Below, in pieces: positions 28,673 to 38,837 of a DNA stretch of 64,000 nucleotides (its first letter is position 1; each line of letters starts with the position of its first letter). Source of the stretch: an uncultured Alphaproteobacteria bacterium (GTDB taxonomy: Bacteria > Pseudomonadota > Alphaproteobacteria > HIMB59 > GCA-002718135); the NCBI GenBank assembly GCA_902602845.1, contig CACKSN010000004.1, forward strand, positions 4,363 through 68,362, given 5' to 3'. The notes beneath the pieces were generated by a model. That model made no database searches. It worked only from the letters and a program-made list of their open reading frames with translations, and was not told the origin of the DNA. The position numbers and the translations under genes are program-made.

Positions 28673-29560
28673 ATGAAAAAAATTATTGAGAATTTGCACA
28701 TATTTTCTAAGCTTACCTTTAGCTTAACACTATTAATATGTCTGATAGGAGCCTTATATGTTTTATATATAAATTATGAAAATGAAGGCAAGATATCAAA
28801 AAAACAAAATAATTTTGAACAAGAAATAAAGAATAATATTAGCAAAAATTCAAACTTAATAAATTCTATTGTTAATGAAATTAAACAAAATGAAAAAACA
28901 TTGTTAGAGATAAAAAACAACATTGTATCTCTTTCAAATAAAAATGAAAGTAGTGATTTGTCTGTAATCAACGATAACATTAAATTATTAAACAAAAATT
29001 TTAATTTATTATCTGAGGAAATTAATAAAATCAAAAGCTATAATTTTACATCAATTGAAAATAATGAAAACAAATCAGATTTAATTAATCAAAGTAAAAA
29101 AGATATTATAAATCTCATCTTAATAAAATACTCAAATAATACTTCCTTTCAAACAGAGTTAGATTTTTTAAAAGAAATTATAAGTGATAGTGAAGTGAAA
29201 AATTTCGAAAAAATTGATTTATTAGCCTCAAGACCCTTTAAAGGATTTGATTACTTAAACGAAATATTCAACACGGAAGCAAGTATTAAGCTTAAAAATT
29301 TAATTAATAAAAATCCAAATTCCTTATTTAGTAAAATTATATTTCCATATATGTCAGTATCTCCAACAACAGAAAACAAAATTACTAATAATCTAATTTT
29401 AAAAATTCAGAATATTAAAATAGAAATAGAACGAAAAGGCATGGAAAATGCATTAAAACAAATAAAAACTATAAATGATTATGAAGATATCTTTAAAATA
29501 ACTTTTAATGAAATAAAAAATTATTTAGATTTTAAAAATGAATTACTCAGATTATTGTAA
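28673..29560 (+). CDS. COG4223/mitofilin-like (alphaMic60) membrane-anchored coiled-coil protein
   Basis: Single N-terminal TM, long coiled coil, C-terminal helices resembling the mitofilin domain; directly upstream of hemY-like gene. Confidence 0.6.
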   Translation: MKKIIENLHIFSKLTFSLTLLICLIGALYVLYINYENEGKISKKQNNFEQEIKNNISKNSNLINSIVNEIKQNEKTLLEIKNNIVSLSNKNESSDLSVINDNIKLLNKNFNLLSEEINKIKSYNFTSIENNENKSDLINQSKKDIINLILIKYSNNTSFQTELDFLKEIISDSEVKNFEKIDLLASRPFKGFDYLNEIFNTEASIKLKNLINKNPNSLFSKIIFPYMSVSPTTENKITNNLILKIQNIKIEIERKGMENALKQIKTINDYEDIFKITFNEIKNYLDFKNELLRLL

Positions 29561-30861
29561 TGTATAGATTTGTTTTATTTTCAATACAACTAATATTTCT
29601 TTTGATAATTATCAGCTTTGTTTTTACAAACCCTTTTGTAATTTCTTTAGATATATCAAATTTAAAATATTCTTTCTCATCTAATTTTTTTGCAATTGTT
29701 TTAATTTTAATCTTATTATCATTTTATCTCATCTTTTATTTTTTATTCAAAACCAGATTATCTCTGAGCCATTACTTTCTAAAAAATAAATATAAAAAAC
29801 TAGAAAAAGGATATTTTTATTTTGTTGAGGCTATGATAGCAATTTCAAACAAAGATAATAAGAATGCTGTTAAATCACATAAGAAGATGACAAATTATTT
29901 AAAAGACGACCCATCATTGTCACTTCTTCTTAGATCTGAAGTATATAAAATTGAGAACAATTATGTACAACTTAAGCAGGTCTATGAATCAATGCTTAAA
30001 TCAAAAAAAACAGAAACACTAGGCTACAGAGGATTAATGGAGCAAAATCTTAAAGAACAAGATTATCACCATGCCTTTTTATATGGGGAAAAATTATTTA
30101 ATCTAAATCCTAATATTGAAAAACTTTATGATACTCTAATTTATATCGCGGCAAAAATTAAAAATTGGAATCAAATAATTTTATTAACTGATAAGGCATA
30201 TTCAAGCAAAATTATTAATAAAAATGTTTTGCAAGAAAATAAATCAATAGGATACTACGAAATTGCAAGTGTGAAATCAGAAAGTGACTATAGTGATGCT
30301 ATTAAAAATATTGTAAAGGCACTTAATCTAAGAAATAATTTTCCTCCCTTTATAAAACTTCACTTAGAATTAGTTTCTAAGCTAAATAAACCAAATTCAC
30401 TAAGAAAATTAATAAAAAAATATTGGAATTTAAATCCTAATTATTTAGTTAGATCTATAATTACTAAAATAATCATAGATAACAATATTGGAGATTTAGT
30501 ATTTATTAATCAAATTATAAAACATAATAGTAGTCATCAGGAGTCAAAAAAATTGTTAATTTATTTTGCTATTCAAAATGAAAAATGGAACATTGCTCGA
30601 TCAAATATTTCTGGATTAATAGGCTCGAGACCTTCAAGGGAAATATGTTTATTTATGTCTGAAATAGAGCTAGGAGAAAATAGTGATAAGCAGAAAAGTG
30701 ATTCTTGGATTCTGAGAGCAGAAAATGCATTTTCTGAAAATTTTTGGATTTGTAAATTTACACATAAATCACAAAAAGAATGGAATAGTTTATCAGAAAC
30801 AGGTCATTTTAATTCTCTTGTTTTATCTGATGCTGAAATGATAGATACATATAATAAATAA
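29560..30861 (+). CDS. HemY-like (HemY_N) TPR membrane protein
   Basis: Two N-terminal TMs, LGYRGL, TPR-like helices, PSREICLFMSEIE, C-terminal W.C....W motif. Confidence 0.72.
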   Translation: MYRFVLFSIQLIFLLIIISFVFTNPFVISLDISNLKYSFSSNFFAIVLILILLSFYLIFYFLFKTRLSLSHYFLKNKYKKLEKGYFYFVEAMIAISNKDNKNAVKSHKKMTNYLKDDPSLSLLLRSEVYKIENNYVQLKQVYESMLKSKKTETLGYRGLMEQNLKEQDYHHAFLYGEKLFNLNPNIEKLYDTLIYIAAKIKNWNQIILLTDKAYSSKIINKNVLQENKSIGYYEIASVKSESDYSDAIKNIVKALNLRNNFPPFIKLHLELVSKLNKPNSLRKLIKKYWNLNPNYLVRSIITKIIIDNNIGDLVFINQIIKHNSSHQESKKLLIYFAIQNEKWNIARSNISGLIGSRPSREICLFMSEIELGENSDKQKSDSWILRAENAFSENFWICKFTHKSQKEWNSLSETGHFNSLVLSDAEMIDTYNK

Positions 30862-30862
30862 T

Positions 30863-31558
30863 ATGACTATCAATTTTTTCATAGGATATGATGCAAAAGA
30901 AGATATCGCCTATCGCGTATGTAAATATTCTTTATTAAAAAGAGCATCTATAGAAGTAAAAGTAACTTCTCTCAAATTAGAAGAATTAATTTCAAAGAAT
31001 TTATATACCAGAACTGTTGATCCTTTGGCCTCAACACAATTTACTTATTCACGATTTTTAGTACCAAAATTAATGAATTATAAAGGTTGGGCAGTGTTTT
31101 GTGATTGTGATTTTATTTTTTTTGAAGATGTTAAAAAGATTTTTGAAAATCTAGATGATTCTAAAGCAGCTTATTGTGTTAAACATGAATACACGCCTAA
31201 AGAAAAACACAAGATGGATGGACAAAAACAATCAATCTATCCTAGAAAAAACTGGTCAAGCCTTATAATTTTTAACTGCTCTCATCCAAGTACGAAAAAT
31301 TTAACAATAGAGAAGGTTAATACCGAAACAGGCGCATATTTACATCAATTTAAATGGTGTAAAGATAATGAAATTGGTACTTTAGATGAAAGGTGGAACT
31401 GGCTAGAAGGCTGGACTTCAAATCATAATAAAAACAAACCATTTGCAGTCCATTATACTAGAGGCGGGCCATGGTTTTCTGAGTGGCAAGATGTTGAGTT
31501 TGCAAAAAACTGGCTTGATGAAAGGAATGAGTATTTGGATAAAAAATTTAATTATTAA
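30863..31558 (+). CDS. GT-A glycosyltransferase (GT8-like/CDI-like)
   Basis: FIGYD, STQFTYSRFLVP, FCDCDF, KMDG, YPRKNWSS, HYTRGGPWF. Confidence 0.82.
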   Translation: MTINFFIGYDAKEDIAYRVCKYSLLKRASIEVKVTSLKLEELISKNLYTRTVDPLASTQFTYSRFLVPKLMNYKGWAVFCDCDFIFFEDVKKIFENLDDSKAAYCVKHEYTPKEKHKMDGQKQSIYPRKNWSSLIIFNCSHPSTKNLTIEKVNTETGAYLHQFKWCKDNEIGTLDERWNWLEGWTSNHNKNKPFAVHYTRGGPWFSEWQDVEFAKNWLDERNEYLDKKFNY

Positions 31559-33338
31559 ATTCCGACATTTGATTTATAAAATTTTTATTCATTAAACTTT
31601 CTTTATCTAAAATTTTTACACTTTTATACCAAGGAGTTTTATTATTTGGCTGATTCCAATAATGAAATAATGCATGATTAGATGGTTTTATTAAAATAGT
31701 TTTTACTCCCAAAGCACCTGCAAGATGAGCTGTGCTATTACTTACTGTTATAAATAGATCAAGACATTTTAAAAAAGCCGCTAAACTATCAAAGTCATTA
31801 AAAATATCTATATCTTTATGAGTAATAAGATCAATACTTGTTTCTGATCGAAAATTTAAAATTTCTTTACTTACATCACCGTATTGCAAATTAAAAAAAT
31901 TACAATTTTTAATAGAAAAAACATTAATAAGATCTTTTAAAGATAGCGATTTTTCATTTGAGTATCTATTTTTAAAACTTCTCCATGAGAAACCTATATT
32001 AATTTTTTTATCAAAATTATTTAAAAAAAATCTTATTTCTTCCATTTTATTTTTTTCAACTTTTAAGTAAGGATCAGTAGGAAAATTATTTATATTATTT
32101 CTATAAAATTTTCCAAGACTACCTGCATAAAGAATATTCTCAAATTCTTTTAGTTTTCTCTCATTATTTGATATTGTACCTAACTCAACAAATTTATTTT
32201 CATAACTTTTGAATGAATTTTTAAATAATCTTAATAATCTTTTATCACATTCTATTTTTATATTAGGCAAATCTTGCAGTATATCTCGATATATAGTTCC
32301 ATAAAGTATTTCATCACCAACACCTTGTTCTCTCAAAATTAATATTTTTTTATTTTTTTTAATATGTTTTTTTGTAAATAGTTTACTTTGAAGTTTTACA
32401 ATTGATTCGTTTCTTTCTTCAAATTCTGAGTTTTTTAGTCTCCCATCAAAGTATGACCATGCTTTTTTGTAATCTTGATTTTTTAAATAAATGAAAGAAA
32501 CAATTTTTTGAATACTACCATCATTTTGATTAAGTTTTAATGCTTTTAATGCATAGTTTTCAGCTAAATTAAGATCATTAATGTCAAAATATGATTTAGC
32601 TAAATTGTTAAGTATATAGGAATTATTTGGATTTAACTTTAAAGCTTTTAAATAGTATTTTATTCCTTTCGTATATTTACCTTCTTCTCTATAAAAACCA
32701 GCAATGTTATTTAATATTTGATAAGAGGAAGGATCTAAATTAAGAGCTCTTAATAAGTACTTTTCTGCATCTATAGAATTTCTATTTTCATGATATAATC
32801 TACCTAAAGAATTTAATGCAGCGACATTATTTTCATCATAAATTAAGACTTCATTAAATATTTTTTTTGCTTTATTAAAATTATTTTCTGCAGAGAAGCA
32901 CAATCCATATATATTTAGTGCTTTAACATCCTTTTTATTCCTTAATATTAATTGTGCACAAATATTTTTTGATTCTTTAATTCTATTTAATTTTAAAAAC
33001 ACAAAGGCCTTATCTTTAATTACAAAATCCAATTTTTTATCTATTTCTAAAATTTTATTTATTATAATTAATGCATTTTGATATTTTTCTTCTTTTATAT
33101 CTAGATTATATAAATTAACCATCGCTTTCAAATTATTTTGCTTTTGAATAATAAAATTATAGTTTAACCTGGCTTTCTGATTGAAGTTTAATTCTTGTTC
33201 TATTACTGCAATATTATATCTTAAAAGAAGATCATCTTTCCTGTTGTTCAAGATTTTGAGTAATTGTTTGTAAGCAATAATTTTGTTTCCTAATGAAAAC
33301 TCTTTTAGTAAAGTATTTATTTGTTCGTTCTCTTTCAT
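31548..33338 (-). CDS. TPR protein with C-terminal GT-B (GT9-like) domain
   Basis: Multiple TPRs, EQGVGDEILY, LQYG, DLFITVSNSTAHLAGALG, PWY. Confidence 0.8.
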   Translation of the reverse strand: MKENEQINTLLKEFSLGNKIIAYKQLLKILNNRKDDLLLRYNIAVIEQELNFNQKARLNYNFIIQKQNNLKAMVNLYNLDIKEEKYQNALIIINKILEIDKKLDFVIKDKAFVFLKLNRIKESKNICAQLILRNKKDVKALNIYGLCFSAENNFNKAKKIFNEVLIYDENNVAALNSLGRLYHENRNSIDAEKYLLRALNLDPSSYQILNNIAGFYREEGKYTKGIKYYLKALKLNPNNSYILNNLAKSYFDINDLNLAENYALKALKLNQNDGSIQKIVSFIYLKNQDYKKAWSYFDGRLKNSEFEERNESIVKLQSKLFTKKHIKKNKKILILREQGVGDEILYGTIYRDILQDLPNIKIECDKRLLRLFKNSFKSYENKFVELGTISNNERKLKEFENILYAGSLGKFYRNNINNFPTDPYLKVEKNKMEEIRFFLNNFDKKINIGFSWRSFKNRYSNEKSLSLKDLINVFSIKNCNFFNLQYGDVSKEILNFRSETSIDLITHKDIDIFNDFDSLAAFLKCLDLFITVSNSTAHLAGALGVKTILIKPSNHALFHYWNQPNNKTPWYKSVKILDKESLMNKNFINQMSEFNN

Positions 33339-33343
33339 GCAAT

Positions 33344-33374
33344 AAAAAACCCAGTCTAATGAAAGACTGGGTTT
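33344..33374 (-). terminator. Rho-independent terminator of the BI-1 gene
   Basis: AAACCCAGTCT / AGACTGGGTTT stem; T run on the minus strand. Confidence 0.8.
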
Positions 33375-33395
33375 AGTAAATATATATTCGAAAAA

Positions 33396-34148
33396 TTATC
33401 TTCTCTGACCAAATAGCTGCAGTAAGAGAATGAAGAGATTTATAAAGTCCAGGTATAGCTTTAAAGCACCCATGAGTGCTTTCTTTGAACCAATTTCCAG
33501 AGTATCACCTGCGTAGTACATATTTTTAATATTCTGTGTATCGTATGCAGTAAGGCCTACAAAAACCAGTACACCTATAACTGATATTGCAAATTGTAAC
33601 GCAGATGAACCTACGAAAATATTTACTACACTAGCAATTATAATACCTATCAAGCCCATAAAAAGAAAACCGCCAAGTTTGGTTAGGTCTCTCTTAGTTG
33701 TGTAACCATACAAACTCATTGCACCAAATGTTCCAGCTGTGATAAAAAATACTCTAGCAATTGAAGTCTGTGTAAATTCAATAAACACCGATGCTAAAGA
33801 AAGCCCCATTATACTGGCAAACAACCAAAATGTAACTTGTGCGCTAGAAACTGACATTTTATTGATTCTTGCACTCAAATAAAATACAAACGCTAATGGT
33901 GCTAACATAACTATCCATTTTAACGGTGAACCAAAAAGTAATGCGCCTACCTGTGTAACTCCAATTATTTGTCCCATTTCATTTGTAACTATAGATGCCT
34001 TACCAAAAAAATAAGCAATAAAACCTGTAAGTAATAGGCCAATTGTCATATAATTGTAGACCTTAAGCATATAAGCTCGTAAGCCCTCATCAATTGCTGA
34101 CTGATCAACTGTTTTAGTAAATGATCTTTGATTAAAGTCTAAAGCCAT
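33396..34148 (-). CDS. Bax inhibitor-1/YccA family membrane protein
   Basis: IDEGLRAYMLKVYNYM, YGYTTKRDL, LTAYDTQ, GALKLYLDFINLF; AAGGAG RBS. Confidence 0.93.
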   Translation of the reverse strand: MALDFNQRSFTKTVDQSAIDEGLRAYMLKVYNYMTIGLLLTGFIAYFFGKASIVTNEMGQIIGVTQVGALLFGSPLKWIVMLAPLAFVFYLSARINKMSVSSAQVTFWLFASIMGLSLASVFIEFTQTSIARVFFITAGTFGAMSLYGYTTKRDLTKLGGFLFMGLIGIIIASVVNIFVGSSALQFAISVIGVLVFVGLTAYDTQNIKNMYYAGDTLEIGSKKALMGALKLYLDFINLFILLLQLFGQRR

Positions 34149-34172
34149 AAATTCTCCTTTTATTATATACTA

Positions 34173-34200
34173 ATATCGCTATAAATCTGTTAATTTCAAG
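34173..34200 (-). promoter_or_regulatory. Possible RpoH-type promoter for the BI-1/yccA gene
   Basis: Minus strand CTTGAA-16 bp-CGATAT resembles the alphaproteobacterial RpoH consensus CTTGAA-N15/16-CCTATAT. Confidence 0.4.
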
Positions 34201-34218
34201 GCATTTTAAAAAAATAGT

Positions 34219-35274
34219 ATGAAGTATAGAAAATTAGGAAACACAAATATTAATGTCAGCGTCATTTGTTTAGGAACAATGACTTTTGGAGAACAAAATA
34301 CACAAGACGAAGGTTTTGAACAAATGGATTATGCTTTAGACAGGGGTATAAATTTTTTTGATACTGCCGAATTATATGCTGTAATGCCAAGAAAAGAAAC
34401 TTATGGAAAAACAGAAGAAATTATTGGTAATTGGTTCAGGGAACGCAAAAATAGAGATAAAATTATTTTAGCATCTAAAATTGCTTCTAAGGGAGACCCA
34501 GGAGATATTTACTGGATTAGAGATGGTTCTGATAAGCTTAATTTTAATAAAAAGAACATGAATGAAGCAATTGATGGAAGTTTAAAAAGATTAAAAACTG
34601 ATTACATTGACCTCTATCAACTTCATTGGCCTGAGAGGAAAGTTCCAAAGTTTGGAATTTTAGATTTTAAATATGATCCTAACGATGAATGGGTCCAAAT
34701 AGAAGAAGTTCTTCATAATTTAAATACATTAGTAAAAGCTGGTAAAGTAAGACATGTTGGATTATCTAATGAGACACCTTGGGGAGTGATGAAATATTTG
34801 CAAATCTCAAAAGAAAAAAAACTACCAAGGATGGTTTCAATACAAAACGTCTACAGTCTAGTAAATAGAGTTTTTGATGTTGCAAATTCGGAAGTTTCAA
34901 TAAGAGAGGAATGCGGTTTGCTAGCATATTCTCCACTAGCAGGAGGTAGATTAAGCGGAAAATATATTGGTAACAAGAAACCACAAAATGCAAGATATAC
35001 TTTATGGCCAAAAAGATTCAGTCGACATCATACTAAAAGAGGTGAAGTTGCGATTGAAAAATATTTTAAATTAGCAAAAGAACTAGGTATTGCACCTGCA
35101 ACTTTTGCTAATGCCTTTGTTAATGACAGACCATTTGTTACAAGCAATATTATCGGAGCTACTACTATGGAACAATTAAAAGAAAACATTGACAGTATAG
35201 AAGTAACTCTTTCAAAAGAAATTTTAGATCAAATTGAGGATATTCATTTATCTGATCCAAATCCTTGTGTTTAA
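34219..35274 (+). CDS. Aldo/keto reductase (Tas-like)
   Basis: ICLGTMTFGEQN, DTAELY, DLYQLHWPER, GLSNETPWG, LAYSPLAGG. Confidence 0.92.
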   Translation: MKYRKLGNTNINVSVICLGTMTFGEQNTQDEGFEQMDYALDRGINFFDTAELYAVMPRKETYGKTEEIIGNWFRERKNRDKIILASKIASKGDPGDIYWIRDGSDKLNFNKKNMNEAIDGSLKRLKTDYIDLYQLHWPERKVPKFGILDFKYDPNDEWVQIEEVLHNLNTLVKAGKVRHVGLSNETPWGVMKYLQISKEKKLPRMVSIQNVYSLVNRVFDVANSEVSIREECGLLAYSPLAGGRLSGKYIGNKKPQNARYTLWPKRFSRHHTKRGEVAIEKYFKLAKELGIAPATFANAFVNDRPFVTSNIIGATTMEQLKENIDSIEVTLSKEILDQIEDIHLSDPNPCV

Positions 35275-35281
35275 TTAAAGT

Positions 35282-36157
35282 TTAGATTTTTATTTTAATT
35301 AACAAACTTTTAACATCTTTCACATAATTTCTATCCCATAAATAAACATTGAGTAATGAATAATATAATTGATATATAGGCTCATAATTATAATATTCCT
35401 TATCTATTGGAATAATGTCATTATATTTTTCGATAAAATTCTTTTTTATAAAATCTGGGTTAAACCATCTTAAATAAGCTATTTCTAGTTCATTATGTCC
35501 GTAGAATGTTCCAGGATCAATAAATCCAGCAAATTTTTTATCATTAAACAAAATATTTCCTTCCCATAAATCACCATGCAGTAACGATGGTGACGGATTT
35601 TTTGGAATAAAGCTTCCTAATTTTTTTAATAATAATTCAATTTTTTTGTTAATTTTGAGGTCCATTGGTTCGTATTTATTAATCAACTCATAAATATACG
35701 CTAGCCTATAATCTCTGTAGAAATCTACCCAATTATTACTTTTTTTATTTATTTGTTTTAATCCACCTATTTGAGTGTCAAAATCAAAACCATATTTATT
35801 ATCTTTTTTTTCATGAATTGAAATAATTGCATTCAAGAAATCTTCCTTAGTTTCCTTTGGTAGTTTCTTATTATTATCTATAAAAGACATTACTAAAAAA
35901 TTATTGTCTTTGTTTTGCACAACTGGAAAAAATTTTATTTTATTTTTTTGAAAAAACATTAAATTTTTAGTCTCTGATTTTATAGCATTAAATTTTGTAT
36001 TTTTTTCTCTATAGAATTTTACAACATACTTATTACTGTCATTTGTAAAAATTTTAATACAATTAATTCCAAAGGAGTCTGATAAATACTCGCTTCCTAT
36101 AATTTTTTTATTATTTAACAATTTTTCTATGCTAATAATATTGTCTTTATTAATCAT
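35282..36157 (-). CDS. Fructosamine kinase family protein
   Basis: YGFDFDTQIG, PSLLHGDLWEGN, FIDP..FYGHNELEIA, YQLYY. Confidence 0.88.
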   Translation of the reverse strand: MINKDNIISIEKLLNNKKIIGSEYLSDSFGINCIKIFTNDSNKYVVKFYREKNTKFNAIKSETKNLMFFQKNKIKFFPVVQNKDNNFLVMSFIDNNKKLPKETKEDFLNAIISIHEKKDNKYGFDFDTQIGGLKQINKKSNNWVDFYRDYRLAYIYELINKYEPMDLKINKKIELLLKKLGSFIPKNPSPSLLHGDLWEGNILFNDKKFAGFIDPGTFYGHNELEIAYLRWFNPDFIKKNFIEKYNDIIPIDKEYYNYEPIYQLYYSLLNVYLWDRNYVKDVKSLLIKIKI

Positions 36158-36159
36158 TT

Positions 36160-36594
36160 ATGATGTTTTCTAAACTAAATTTTCAATATTTAATCTCATA
36201 TTTAGGTTTAATTCCATTTATATTAATAATATTTAATAAATATTTTATACTTCAAGTAAATGAAGAAAAATCCCAAGATTTTACAATATATTATACTCTT
36301 TTAATTTTTGTATTTATTGGCGCAATCAATTGGAACCTTAAAGAAAGAATAAATAATCTTACTGTAATTTATGGTTTTATACCAAGTTTTTTGTCTGCTA
36401 TAATTATAATTTTTAATTTATTAAACTATAGTATCATCGTTATATTCTCAATCTTGATACTCTTAATATGTTTTCAATTAGTACTGGATTATTTTTTTGT
36501 TTATTTAAACACAGCTGATAAAAAGCCTTTTTATTTATTAAGACTACCATTATCAATTTTAATCTCATTGAGTTTATTTATAATCATATTGTAG
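36160..36594 (+). CDS. DUF3429-like membrane protein
   Basis: YLGLIPF, FIGAINW, YLLRLPLS; 4-5 TMs. Confidence 0.65.
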   Translation: MMFSKLNFQYLISYLGLIPFILIIFNKYFILQVNEEKSQDFTIYYTLLIFVFIGAINWNLKERINNLTVIYGFIPSFLSAIIIIFNLLNYSIIVIFSILILLICFQLVLDYFFVYLNTADKKPFYLLRLPLSILISLSLFIIIL

Positions 36595-37576
36595 ATTTTA
36601 CAGATCCAATTTTTATCTTTGCATGGTTTAGTAAATTAAAATTATATTTCTTTTTAAATTCATAAAGCTCTTTATTGTTCATTACTTTAAATTTTTTAAA
36701 TATGTTAAATATAAGTGAAGGTATAGCCCGTTCATTACCATCACTTACTTTAATTACACCACTTATTTCTTTTTTTAAGTCAATAAATAAAAAAACTCCC
36801 TCAGCTCCACCCTTACAAAATAAATTTTTATTTGAAATTTTCATTAAATCACTATCTAAACTATCTGAGCCACCAATATATTTAGGATTACTAATAATTG
36901 AGTTAATTAGTATTTTAGTTTCATAAGATTTAGTAAATTCATTCTTATAACTTTTAATTAGGTTGTTAAGCAATTTATTGATATCACATATTCTAAATGA
37001 ATATTGAGGTGCACTGCATCCATCTACTGCAAAATATTTTTTTTTAATTTTATTTTCAGAGAACATTTCAAAAATTTTTCTAATTTCAATCTGATGTGGA
37101 TGACTAAATTTAAGATAGTTTTTTATATCATGGTTATTAGCTCTACATGAAGAAATCATGGCTAAATGTTTACCGGCACAATTATTATGCAATTGATTTA
37201 TTTTTTTATTAGATCGCATTAGTTTCTCTGAAGCAAAAGGATTTAATGGATTATGAGATCCACATTTTAAAACTGATTTATTTATATTAACTTTGCCTAA
37301 CCAATTCTCTAATTCTTTCAAATGAAAATCTTCTCCTCTATGAGATGCACAACTTAGGGCAATCATTTTTTTACTAAGATTAAATTTTTTAATAGCATTT
37401 GAAGATACAAAAGGTATAGCTTGAAATATTTTAACAGATGACCTGGGAAAGATAAAATCATTCTCATTGCCAGTTGTTAGTAATGTTTTATTTTTGTTGT
37501 TCTTAATTAGTACTTTTATTTCATGAGTACTCTCTGTAAAGTTACCTCTGATAAATACTGTTTTTAATTTTTTCAC
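36584..37576 (-). CDS. L-asparaginase II family protein
   Basis: RG...ESTH, PRSSVKIFQA, CASHRGE, HNNCAGKH, DGCSAP, KGGAEG, DGNER. Confidence 0.88.
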   Translation of the reverse strand: MKKLKTVFIRGNFTESTHEIKVLIKNNKNKTLLTTGNENDFIFPRSSVKIFQAIPFVSSNAIKKFNLSKKMIALSCASHRGEDFHLKELENWLGKVNINKSVLKCGSHNPLNPFASEKLMRSNKKINQLHNNCAGKHLAMISSCRANNHDIKNYLKFSHPHQIEIRKIFEMFSENKIKKKYFAVDGCSAPQYSFRICDINKLLNNLIKSYKNEFTKSYETKILINSIISNPKYIGGSDSLDSDLMKISNKNLFCKGGAEGVFLFIDLKKEISGVIKVSDGNERAIPSLIFNIFKKFKVMNNKELYEFKKKYNFNLLNHAKIKIGSVKSTI

Positions 37577-37605
37577 TTGTCAATTATAGAACAAGTATTG
37601 TTAAA

Positions 37606-38235
37606 TTACTTAAAAAAAGATTTAATGAATGTAAACAGATTCAAAAAAGATCCATATTTTCCAAAAAATATTACATCTTTTTCTGTAATTGTTAAGCATA
37701 CACAACCTTCATTTTTACAAGCGATAGGCGTGTGTTTAATTTTTTGATCGTTTATTTGAATATCTCCAGTTTTATACTTTCCATACTCATCACAGAAGCT
37801 GCCGTTAAGAACGAGAATGTATTCTTTCCCACCATGTGAGTGAAGAGGAACAGATGAACCTGGATCCATCTTAATTAGTTTTAATTCATCATTATCATTA
37901 ATGTCTGGAGAAAATTCACTTAATCCGTTGTAGACTTGTTTCCAATTTATGTCTTCAAGAGGTCCTACAATTTTTGAAATTGGGCTACTAAAATCACTTT
38001 TTGACGAAATTTCAATATCTCTATTAACTAGGCAATCTTTGTAGTTAAAATTGACTACAGGAGAACCTTTGGATTCAAACAGAGTATCACCTAGCATACC
38101 CTCAAAAGTTCTGTTTAAACTAGATGCCTTGGCGTTTAAATATAAGTAAGTCGAAGCAAAAATTGATTTAGCTGGACCAAGCGATCCTGATGCGAAATCG
38201 AAGATTAATTGATTTTTTACTAACGTTCCATTCAT
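37606..38235 (-). CDS. chrR: Anti-sigma factor ChrR (cupin intact, anti-sigma Zn ligands lost)
   Basis: Downstream of and overlapping the ECF sigma gene; FASGSL...TYLYLN N-terminal domain; cupin PLHSHGGKEYILVLNGSF.DEYG...HTP...CVCL. Confidence 0.85.
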   Translation of the reverse strand: MNGTLVKNQLIFDFASGSLGPAKSIFASTYLYLNAKASSLNRTFEGMLGDTLFESKGSPVVNFNYKDCLVNRDIEISSKSDFSSPISKIVGPLEDINWKQVYNGLSEFSPDINDNDELKLIKMDPGSSVPLHSHGGKEYILVLNGSFCDEYGKYKTGDIQINDQKIKHTPIACKNEGCVCLTITEKDVIFFGKYGSFLNLFTFIKSFFK

Positions 38236-38765
38236 AATAGTCTCTGCATTTTTATTAAAATATGCCTTATTCTTGATTTAACTGTACCTAGAGGAATTTC
38301 AAGTTCTTCAGCTATTTTTTTATGACTTTTATTATCAAAAAAATTCATTTTTATTATCTCCCTTTGATCTTTACTTAGCTCTTGATTAATTTTGCTGATT
38401 TGGTCACTTATTTCACTTAAATTTATTTTATCACTCTGATTGCCAAGATATAGAAACTCTCTTATGTCATCTGCACTAGTGTTTTTGTTGGCTTTTTTCC
38501 TTAATAAATCGATCTTTTTATTTCTTGCTATAGTATATATCCAGGTAGAAGCAGCTGATTTAGAATGGTCATATTGTGATGATTTTGACCAAACGATGCT
38601 AAGAACTTCTTGTGTTAATTCCTCAGCATTTTCATTAGATAGACGATTTTGAAGAAAATAAGCCTTTAATTTGGGCGCTATAAAATCAAATAACATAGAA
38701 AATGCAATTTCGTCGCGGTCATCTCTAATTTTGACCATTAAATTTGATAATTCTGATTTATTCAT
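38232..38765 (-). CDS. rpoE: ECF sigma factor (RpoE/ECF11 type)
   Basis: AFSMLF..IAPKLKAY, AEELTQEV, STWIYTIARNKKID, IPLGTVKSRIR; paired with chrR. Confidence 0.88.
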   Translation of the reverse strand: MNKSELSNLMVKIRDDRDEIAFSMLFDFIAPKLKAYFLQNRLSNENAEELTQEVLSIVWSKSSQYDHSKSAASTWIYTIARNKKIDLLRKKANKNTSADDIREFLYLGNQSDKINLSEISDQISKINQELSKDQREIIKMNFFDNKSHKKIAEELEIPLGTVKSRIRHILIKMQRLL

Positions 38766-38837
38766 ATTATTATTAGTTCAATTACTAGCTTTATCCCTCT
38801 TAACTATTTGTGTAAGATATACTAAAAGGAAAATTAG

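Noticed and set aside
38791-38817. TTATCC-N16-TAAGA as an RpoE autoregulatory promoter
   Set aside because: Mismatched -35 and on the strand opposite to rpoE; could arise by chance in AT-rich DNA.
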